Shown here in pieces: positions 47,881 through 55,135 of a stretch of 55,135 nt of DNA. The number at the start of each line of letters is the position of its first letter. Position 1 is the first letter of the stretch. The position numbers and the translations under genes are program-made. This DNA is from a virus. Lineage: Duplodnaviria > Caudoviricetes. The stretch is from IMG/VR virus record IMGVR_UViG_3300025015_000034, positions 1 to 55,135 of that record; one strand, 5' to 3'. Under the pieces are notes generated by a model. That model was not told where the DNA came from, did not search any database, and saw nothing but the letters and a program-made list of their open reading frames with translations.

Positions 47881-48696
47881 ATGAACACATCCAGTCAAAC
47901 AAATGATCTTTTAAAAAAAGTCAAAGATCGTCTAAAAACACTTCAAGATTCAAACAAGCGAACAACTGGAACATGGAAACCAAAAGGTGTACATGTTATT
48001 AGGATGTTGCCCTACAAGTTCAATGAATATCCGTTTATTGAATTATATTTTCATTATGACATATTCAAAAACAGTGAAATATCCCCTATTTCATTTGGTG
48101 ATCCAGACCCAGTAGTAGAAGCTGCTGAAAAATTAAAAGCAGAACGAGACAAAGAATCGTTTATATTAAGTAGAAAACTAATGCCTAAACTGAGAACCTA
48201 CGTTCCCATTATTGTAAGGGGAGAAGAGGCTGCTGGTGTTAGATATTGGGGGTTTGGAAAAGAAATATATGAAGCTATATTAAAATATATGGATGATCCA
48301 GAATATGGTAATGTATTCGATCCTGATACAGGAGTGGATTTTGATCTTGAATATACTCCTCCAGAACAAGCTGGAAATACTTATGGCAAGATATCAATTA
48401 AGGCAAAAAGAAATTCAACCAAATTGGCTGATTCTCCTGAACTGGTTCAGAAGTGGCTTAATACTCAAACCAATATTAATGAAGTATATAAGGTGAAAAG
48501 TTACGAAGAATTAAAGGACATGTTGAATGAATGGTTAGAAAAAGCTAGCGAAGATACTGGAGAAGAAACTGGAACTGAAGATGAAAAAGAACCTGAAGCT
48601 AAAGAGCAAAAAAAAGATGAAGTTAAATCTTCAAAAACAGTAAAAGATGCGAGCGCAGCATTTAACGAACTATTTAACAAAAACAAAAAAATATAA
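47881..48696 (+). CDS. gp32: single-stranded DNA-binding protein, T4 gp32-like
   Basis: WKP, IRMLP, PF.ELYFHY, R.YVPIIVRGEE, WGFGK.IY, D...G.D; acidic tail ending FNELF. Confidence 0.85.
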   Translation: MNTSSQTNDLLKKVKDRLKTLQDSNKRTTGTWKPKGVHVIRMLPYKFNEYPFIELYFHYDIFKNSEISPISFGDPDPVVEAAEKLKAERDKESFILSRKLMPKLRTYVPIIVRGEEAAGVRYWGFGKEIYEAILKYMDDPEYGNVFDPDTGVDFDLEYTPPEQAGNTYGKISIKAKRNSTKLADSPELVQKWLNTQTNINEVYKVKSYEELKDMLNEWLEKASEDTGEETGTEDEKEPEAKEQKKDEVKSSKTVKDASAAFNELFNKNKKI

Positions 48697-48712
48697 TAAC
48701 CAGAGTTGACGT

Positions 48713-49030
48713 ATGAAGAAAGAAAAAAATAGTACTGAGAAGGCTGACCAATCTGAAAAAAATGTAGTTAAGCATGAAACCAGAGATAAACTTATTAGCG
48801 AAGTTTATAAAATGATTAACGAATCTGAGTCTGATTATTTTGCAACATTTTTAGATGAGGAAGAATCGACATCAACTATTATAGATTGGGTCTCTACAGG
48901 AGACCCAATTTTGGATATCCACATAAGCAATAGAATGAATGGAGGCATTGCAGTCGGGCGAATTTCAGAAATTAATGGATTAGAGTCATGTGTAACTGAG
49001 GATACACTTATTGATATAATAGTTGAATAA
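48713..49030 (+). CDS. uvsX: RecA/UvsX N-terminal part plus 13-aa split-intein N-fragment
   Basis: WVSTG...LD..IS....GG...GRISEINGLES then CVTEDTLIDIIVE* (48989-49027). Confidence 0.88.
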   Translation: MKKEKNSTEKADQSEKNVVKHETRDKLISEVYKMINESESDYFATFLDEEESTSTIIDWVSTGDPILDIHISNRMNGGIAVGRISEINGLESCVTEDTLIDIIVE

Positions 49031-49105
49031 AATAATGTTCAACCTAAGAATAAGAATTTTGCAAAGGGTAAAGATAGTAATAGTTATGGAAGATCACCAT
49101 CAATT

Positions 49106-49522
49106 ATGTCTGGGAGGGGAATCAATGGATATTTAAATTATTACGATAATAAAATATATTTTAGAAGTAGTCTAGAGATGTTAGTTTATATTTATTTATG
49201 TGAAAATAATGTAAGGTTTGAATTATCCAAACATAGAATAGAGTATGATAACGGAAATAAGACATATAATCCAGATATAGTTATTGATAATACAATAATA
49301 GAAATAAAACCAAAATTTCTATTAAATTGTAAAACAGTTGTGGACAAATTAGAAGCTCTCAAAAATTATTGTAATATATTTAACCTTAAATTTAAAATAA
49401 TTACAGAAGATTCATATGAAATATGGAAATATTTCAATAAAGATTTTATAGAATTGTTAATAAAAGAAAATAAATTGATATTATCAGATAAACAAAAAGA
49501 AAGATTATATAACTATAATTGA
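49106..49522 (+). CDS. TnsA-like PD-(D/E)XK endonuclease between the split recA halves
   Basis: YFRSSLE, TYNPDIVI, IIEIKP; frame is open upstream to 49031. Confidence 0.75.
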   Translation: MSGRGINGYLNYYDNKIYFRSSLEMLVYIYLCENNVRFELSKHRIEYDNGNKTYNPDIVIDNTIIEIKPKFLLNCKTVVDKLEALKNYCNIFNLKFKIITEDSYEIWKYFNKDFIELLIKENKLILSDKQKERLYNYN

Positions 49523-49531
49523 AGTTTAATT

Positions 49532-50836
49532 ATGGACATACAAAAAATAAAAATTAAAGATGTTAAAAAGTTACTCGATTCGGGCAAAATAGTAAGGGTG
49601 AAAACTCTAAATGGAGATTTTACTAAGATTAAGAATTATATTACTAAAGGAATACTAGATACATATGAAATTGAACTTGAAAACCTTAATAAGATTAAGG
49701 TTTCGGCAACCCATCTGTTTTTTAGTAATATTGGATGGATTAAAACCGAAAATCTGAAAGTCAATAAACATAGTTTGTTGTGTGATGATGGTGGGTACCA
49801 TCTTGTTAAGAAAATAGAATATGTAGGAAAACATAATATAGTTGATATAGGTGTAGAACATTTAGAACAGTGCTATTTCGGTAATGGAATACTTAATCAT
49901 AATTCTGGAAAATCTTTGTTAATCGGTCACATATTAGCAGAAACTCAGAAAAAAGATGGAATTGCCGTATTAATAGATACTGAAGATGCGATTGATAGAG
50001 ATTTTTTAAAAATTATAGGCGTGGATCTAAATAAATTAATTTATGTAAATACAAATTTAATAGAAGATGTATTTGAAATAATTGAGAGTATTATAGAAAA
50101 GGTTAGAAAAGATGACTCTAATAAACTTATTACCATAGCAGTTGATTCTATAATGGGCGCAACGGATAAAACAGAAGATGAAGCGGGCTGGGACAAAGCA
50201 GGTTATAAGACTCAAAAAGCAATTATCATTGGACAAGCAATGAGAAAAATAACTCATACGATTGCAAAATATAGAATTGCGCTTGTGTTTACTAATCAAT
50301 TAAGAACCAAGCTCGGGGTACTTTGGGGAGATCCTCTCACAACATCCGGAGGTAAAGCTATTGGATTTCATGCATCACTCAGACTTAGATTAAAAATGTT
50401 ATCTCAGATAAAATTGAAGGACAAAACTGTTGGTATTAAGGTAAACTGTACTGTAAAAAAGAGCAGATTTGGTTCAATGTATAATTCATGTAACTTTGAT
50501 ATTTATTTTGATAGAGGACTAGATCCTATTTCAACTTGGTTTGAAGAAGGAAAACGATATAAAATAATAATTCCTGCAAAAAAATTGGATGATGTTGGTA
50601 AAAAAATGAAAGAAGTGAAGGGATGGAACATGTTAGATACTGATGAAAATCAACCTGAGCACTTTTTCCAACTACCGTCGTTTGAAGAAAAAATATTAAA
50701 AAATTCGGAAAAAAAGGAATACTTATATACAAAATTAGTTGACAATATTCTTCTAAAATATAAGAACAGGTCTCAACTTATTCCTATGGATAAAGAAGAG
50801 CTGAAGTATATAGGCGATGAAGAAGATGAAGGATAA
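49532..50836 (+). CDS. uvsX: split-intein C-fragment (124 aa) plus RecA/UvsX C-terminal part
   Basis: VSATHLF block B, YFGNGILNHN then SGKS (Walker A), IDTEDA, IAVDS, FTNQLR, TTSGGKAIGFHASLRL. Confidence 0.9.
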   Translation: MDIQKIKIKDVKKLLDSGKIVRVKTLNGDFTKIKNYITKGILDTYEIELENLNKIKVSATHLFFSNIGWIKTENLKVNKHSLLCDDGGYHLVKKIEYVGKHNIVDIGVEHLEQCYFGNGILNHNSGKSLLIGHILAETQKKDGIAVLIDTEDAIDRDFLKIIGVDLNKLIYVNTNLIEDVFEIIESIIEKVRKDDSNKLITIAVDSIMGATDKTEDEAGWDKAGYKTQKAIIIGQAMRKITHTIAKYRIALVFTNQLRTKLGVLWGDPLTTSGGKAIGFHASLRLRLKMLSQIKLKDKTVGIKVNCTVKKSRFGSMYNSCNFDIYFDRGLDPISTWFEEGKRYKIIIPAKKLDDVGKKMKEVKGWNMLDTDENQPEHFFQLPSFEEKILKNSEKKEYLYTKLVDNILLKYKNRSQLIPMDKEELKYIGDEEDEG

Positions 50837-51884
50837 GTTTAGAGCTATTTTAGATGAAATAGAAAAAGACAATAGAGGTTTAAGTTCACAAAACATAAAT
50901 TCTAGAATATTACTAGTAGATGGTTTAAATAATTATATTAGAATTTGGGTCATTATGCCAACTGTTAATGAAGACGGAACTCACGTTGGAGGAATTGTTG
51001 GATTTTTACAGACGTTGGGTTTAGCAATTCGGACGCTTCGACCAACTAGACTAATAGTTACTTTCGATGGGAAGGGCGGCTCCTTGCGTAGGAGAAAACT
51101 ATATCCACAATATAAACAGAATAGAGGACGAGGCGTTCGTTTAAATAGAACCCATAATTGGGCAGATGATGCAGAAGAATCTAAACAGATGATGTATCAA
51201 TTAATGAGGGTTATAAAATATTTAAGTCAACTACCATGTACAGTAATTTCAGTAGATAATATCGAAGCAGATGACACAATAGGATATATATGTGAGTTAT
51301 GCAGAGAAAATGATGATACTGAAAGTTTATTTATAATGTCTTCAGATAAAGATTTTTATCAACTAGTAGATAAAAAAATAAAAATTTGGAATCCAGTTAA
51401 AAAGAAAATGACTGAATATAATGATATTATAAATGAATTTAATATTCAGCCATATAATTTTTTATTATTTAAGGCTATGAACGGTGACAGTAGTGATAAC
51501 TTACCAAAGATAAAAGGTATAGGAAAAAAGACAGGAATTAAAAATTTTCCTTTATTAACTGAAACAACCCAATATAGTACAACTGATGTATTAAAGTATG
51601 CTCAGGAGCACCAGGATAGCTCCAGATTATGCAGAATACTTCTAGATAATAGTAAACAATATGAATTAAATTACATACTTATGAGGCTCGCTGGAGGTAA
51701 TATAAGCAAATCAGCTGCTTTACATATTTTAGATAAGTTCAATTCTAAACCTCATAAACTAGATCACCATAGTATTCAAGAACTAGTATTAGAGGACAAA
51801 CTTTGGTCTTCATTTCCGAACATAAACTCATGGGTAAATTTAAATTTTGCCCGTTTGAACTTTTTCGCGATGAAAAATAAATAA
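50817..51884 (+). CDS. 5'-3' exonuclease / flap endonuclease (T4 RNase H or PolI N-terminal type)
   Basis: LLVDG.N, FDG, YK.NR, EADD, SSDKDF.QL, GDSSDNLP..KGIG.KT. Confidence 0.9.
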   Translation: MKKMKDKFRAILDEIEKDNRGLSSQNINSRILLVDGLNNYIRIWVIMPTVNEDGTHVGGIVGFLQTLGLAIRTLRPTRLIVTFDGKGGSLRRRKLYPQYKQNRGRGVRLNRTHNWADDAEESKQMMYQLMRVIKYLSQLPCTVISVDNIEADDTIGYICELCRENDDTESLFIMSSDKDFYQLVDKKIKIWNPVKKKMTEYNDIINEFNIQPYNFLLFKAMNGDSSDNLPKIKGIGKKTGIKNFPLLTETTQYSTTDVLKYAQEHQDSSRLCRILLDNSKQYELNYILMRLAGGNISKSAALHILDKFNSKPHKLDHHSIQELVLEDKLWSSFPNINSWVNLNFARLNFFAMKNK

Positions 51885-51887
51885 TTT

Positions 51888-51932
51888 TATTACTTTTTAA
51901 ATTGTAAATTTGTAGAAATTAAAGAATGGTAA
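51888..51932 (+). pseudogene. scar: last codons of a NUMOD3-family endonuclease
   Basis: Translates YYFLNCKFVEIKEW*; compare [14 protein letters not shown] at the end of 38669..39385. Confidence 0.65.
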
Positions 51933-51939
51933 CATCTAA

Positions 51940-53280
51940 GTGGAAGTAGATAATCTTGCAAATTTTGGTCAATCATATCAATCGAAAACGATTTATTCTT
52001 TGCTTACTGATGGGCCATTTTTAGAACAGATAGAAGATGTTTTATTTACAGAATATTTTGAATCTGAAGCGAATCAATGGATTGTAAAAATAATCAAACA
52101 GCACTTTGAGGTGTTTAAAGTACCCCCTACTTTAGATGTATTTAAATGTGAACTAGAAAAAGAAACAAATGATTTATTTAAAGAAGAAATCATAAAGAGA
52201 TTATCAGATGCGCTTGATTATAAAGATGCACAAGACCTGCAATATATAAAGGAAAACTTTATTCAGTTCTGTATCAATCAGCACTACAAGATTACATTTT
52301 ATCAATCCTTAGATGATTATAAAAAAGGAAATTATTCTGCGATTAGAAAAAGATTCGAAGATGCAGAAAAAGTAGGACAAAGTAGAGATTTAGGTCTTAT
52401 GTTATTAGACAAAACAGCAGACACTGTAATGAATCAACTTAAGAGAAAAACTATATCAACTCCATGGGACATAATAAATGATATGACAGAAGGAGGCTTG
52501 GCACCTGGGGATTTATCAATAATAGTTGGAGGACCGGGAGCGGGAAAATCATGGTTTTTATGCAATGTTGGGTCGCATGGTTTAAAATTAGGATTAAACA
52601 TAATCCATTATACATTAGAACTAGATGATATAATGATTGCAAGAAGATATTATTCTTTATTTACTGGTATACCGAGTATGGATTTAAAATATAGTTTAAG
52701 TGAAATAGATAGTAAAATTACTGTATATAAGAATAAAAATGCAACACTATGTATAAAGAAATACCCAACAAAACGTGCATCTATTAATACTCTAATTACA
52801 CATGTTAAAAAATATAAATCCATGGGGTTAAACCCTGACTTAATTGTAGTAGATTATGCTGATTTACTTAAGCCAGAAAAATTTTACAAAGACAAACGAT
52901 TAGAATTAGGTAACATATATGAGGAACTAAGAGGAATGGCTGGTGAACTTCAGGTACCAATTTGGACTGGAAGTCAGGCAAACCGTTGTCTATTTTTAGA
53001 TACAAATGTTATAACATGTGATAAGGGTACTATAAAAATAGTAAATATTACTGTAGGAGATAAAATATTAACGCATGCTGGGTTTAAAAAAGTAACATTT
53101 ATATATCCTATAGAAAAACAACCCGTTTATAAAATCAAAACAAAGGGAGGAAAAGAAATTTTGGTTTCTGCTAAGCATTTATTTCCAGTTCAATACAATA
53201 AGTTCAAATCAATTGATAGTGGTCTAGTTCCAGGTGATAAATTATTTATTAAAAAGCAAAAATTGACACCTAGTTCATAA
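51940..53280 (+). CDS. gp41: replicative helicase gp41/DnaB N-terminal part plus split-intein N-fragment (97 aa, from 52987)
   Basis: GGPGAGKS, YTLEL, IVVDYADLL, WTGSQANR then CLFLDT...VSAKHLF. Confidence 0.92.
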   Translation: MEVDNLANFGQSYQSKTIYSLLTDGPFLEQIEDVLFTEYFESEANQWIVKIIKQHFEVFKVPPTLDVFKCELEKETNDLFKEEIIKRLSDALDYKDAQDLQYIKENFIQFCINQHYKITFYQSLDDYKKGNYSAIRKRFEDAEKVGQSRDLGLMLLDKTADTVMNQLKRKTISTPWDIINDMTEGGLAPGDLSIIVGGPGAGKSWFLCNVGSHGLKLGLNIIHYTLELDDIMIARRYYSLFTGIPSMDLKYSLSEIDSKITVYKNKNATLCIKKYPTKRASINTLITHVKKYKSMGLNPDLIVVDYADLLKPEKFYKDKRLELGNIYEELRGMAGELQVPIWTGSQANRCLFLDTNVITCDKGTIKIVNITVGDKILTHAGFKKVTFIYPIEKQPVYKIKTKGGKEILVSAKHLFPVQYNKFKSIDSGLVPGDKLFIKKQKLTPSS

Positions 53281-53327
53281 GAATTTTTTATTTTTCTATA
53301 TATTATTATAATAAAATAGGAAAATAC

Positions 53328-54457
53328 ATGGAAACAATATCATTCGATGATTTTACAAAATTCAAAAACATTAAAACATATAGATTAACTAACAAACAAA
53401 AACAGCAACTGGTAGACATATTAAATTCATTTGATAAAAATATATATCATCAAATAGATATATAATAGAAAACTTTATAAAGTATGATGTAGAATTTGAT
53501 CCTACTTGGAAAAACAGGTTTATTAAAATTAAAAATATTTTAAAGCATGATTCTTGTTCACTAGATTCTTTCGTAACCAGATATGGAAAAAGCAATGGAC
53601 ATACATTGTGGTTAGAAAGAAGAAAAGGTATTAGTGTAACTAAAGAAAAATATGCAAAAAAGCACGGAATAGATAAAGCTAATGAATTATCACGTAAGAA
53701 GGCATGTATTGGTAAACATATAATGATAAATAAATATGGAATTGAAGAAGGAACAGATAAATGGAATTCATATTTAAAAAAATGGAAACATAGTTATAAA
53801 GAAAATAAACAATATCATAAACCATCAAATACCAAATCTCTGAATTTTTGGGTAAATAGATTAGGAAAAGAGGAAGGAACTAAAAAATACAATTTTATTA
53901 TAGGAAAACAGAAGTATAGATTCTCTAAGCAATATTATATTGATACATACGGGAAAGAACAAGGAGAAATAGAGTGGCAAAATTATATAGCTTCAATGAA
54001 TAAAACATCATTAACTTCTTTTATAAGTAGATATGGAGATAAAAAAGGAAACAAAAAATTTAAAAAATACTTAGAAAAATTAAAAAGAAGCCATCGATCG
54101 ACATATTATAGTAAAGTTTCTCAGGAACTATTTTGGTCAATTTATAATTTACTACCTCAAATCACCCAGCAATATTGTAGATTTGCTGAATTTGGTGGAG
54201 AAGAAAAAATATACTACATAAATGATTATGATATCTTTTATCCAGATTTTAAGTTGTGCAATGTTGTAATAGAATTTGATGGTGATTATTGGCACAGCAG
54301 AGAAACTACAATTATAGCAGATAAACTCAGAGAAGAAAAATTGATTAGCAAAGGATATGAAGTATTGAGAATTAAAGAAAAAGATTATAGTTTAAACGAA
54401 GAATTAATACTTGATAATTGTATTGAATTTATAAAGGAAAATATAAATGAAACATAG
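53328..54457 (+). CDS. DUF559/Vsr-like endonuclease between the split helicase halves, frameshifted near 53450
   Basis: KYGxEEG repeats, FYPDF, VIEFDGDYWH, GYEVLRIKE; upstream ATG 53328 has an AGGA RBS in a different frame. Confidence 0.75.
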
Positions 54458-54908
54458 GTTAAAGAAGGGGGACTTTATAATAGATGAAATAGAGTCTATA
54501 GAATTAGTAGGAGATTTGCCAACAATAGATATTGAAGTAGAAAAAACGCATATGTTTTTTGCAAATGATATATATGTGCATAATTCTGGTTCCTCAACAG
54601 AGTTTATTTCAGGAGAACAAATTGCAGAAGATTACAGTAAAATAATGACAGGAGATTTTATATTTTCTATTTCACGTAAAATAGAGGATGCAATGCATAA
54701 AACTGCTAGAATTTTTATAATAAAAAACAGATTTGGAGTTGATAAAATAATATGTCCTGCAAAATTTGATGTTTCAAATGGAAATTCTGTAATTCATGAT
54801 CCATCATCTTTACTAGGCAAAGAAACTAAAGGTCAGATGAATAAAGATGATAATATAAAGAGTTTAATAAGAGAAAGATTGTTTTCTGACAAAAAAAGAA
54901 AAAAATAA
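54447..54908 (+). CDS. gp41: split-intein C-fragment (46 aa) plus helicase C-terminal part
   Basis: IDIEVEKTHMFFANDIYVHN then SG...IAEDYSKIMTGDF..SISR...IIKNRFG. Confidence 0.92.
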   Translation: MKHRLKKGDFIIDEIESIELVGDLPTIDIEVEKTHMFFANDIYVHNSGSSTEFISGEQIAEDYSKIMTGDFIFSISRKIEDAMHKTARIFIIKNRFGVDKIICPAKFDVSNGNSVIHDPSSLLGKETKGQMNKDDNIKSLIRERLFSDKKRKK

Positions 54909-55039
54909 AAAATATTTTAAAATTTTTTAGTAAAAAAGAAATTCGACTACTAATTATTATATGTGCACATAACGCGTTATTGAATCTAAAAATATATTAG
55001 ATATCCTTATTAAAGGTACCCTTTAATAGCTAGCCATAT

Positions 55040-55113
55040 TATAAATACTGTATTTATACTTTAAAACTTTAAAACTTTAAAACTTTAAAACTTTAAAACT
55101 TTAAAACTTTAAA
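55040..55113. repeat. palindrome followed by CTTTAAAA tandem repeat
   Basis: TATAAATAC-T-GTATTTATA (55040-55058), then 6 full and one 7-nt copy of CTTTAAAA (55059-55113). Confidence 0.9.
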
Positions 55114-55135
55114 TCTATTTTAAATTAATTAATAA

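Noticed and set aside
49031-49531. Group I intron rather than split intein interrupting recA (likewise the helicase at 53281-54446)
   Set aside because: The flanks encode clear intein N- and C-terminal motifs, and the spacers are almost fully occupied by the nuclease ORFs, leaving no room for a ribozyme core.
15895-53460. Multiple frameshifts as a phase-variation or recoding programme
   Set aside because: They are single-base shifts, mostly in short homopolymers, across unrelated genes including the essential capsid gene. Sequencing indels explain this more simply, though reads are needed to confirm.
747-53595. Many minus-strand ORFs in the six-frame track (e.g. 7109..7741, 17607..18059, 37254..37721)
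   Set aside because: They are antisense shadows of + strand genes with repetitive or biased codons and show no recognisable motifs.
1-55135. tRNA or rRNA genes
   Set aside because: No cloverleaf-like or GC-rich structured segment was seen by eye in the short intergenic gaps. A tRNAscan/Infernal run would be needed to exclude them.

Overview
AT-rich segment of a large T4-like (myovirus) phage genome with essentially all genes on the + strand. It runs from a tail module (tube gp19, chaperone pair, tape measure, baseplate, lysozyme-bearing hub) through a PolA-like gene, phage ribosomal protein bS21 and a head module (scaffold, gp23 capsid, gp20 portal, gp21 protease) to a replication module (gp32 SSB, UvsX/RecA, 5'-3' exonuclease, gp41 helicase). 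bS21 and three signal peptides ending in Gln point to an FCB/Bacteroidota-type host (inference). Selfish elements are abundant. The portal has two tandem cis-inteins. RecA and the helicase are each fractured by a split intein with a free-standing endonuclease gene between the halves, and the RecA intein has only a 13-aa N-fragment. One NUMOD3 endonuclease family has at least 8 copies plus a scar, and two copies sit next to a duplicated gene end. About ten unrelated proteins share an N-terminal MKKSELKxLIxEE...LxE leader that looks like a capsid-targeting, protease-cleaved signal. Several single-base frameshifts, including one in the capsid gene, mostly fall in short homopolymer runs and are probably sequencing errors. 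Family assignments come from motif recognition, not database searches.
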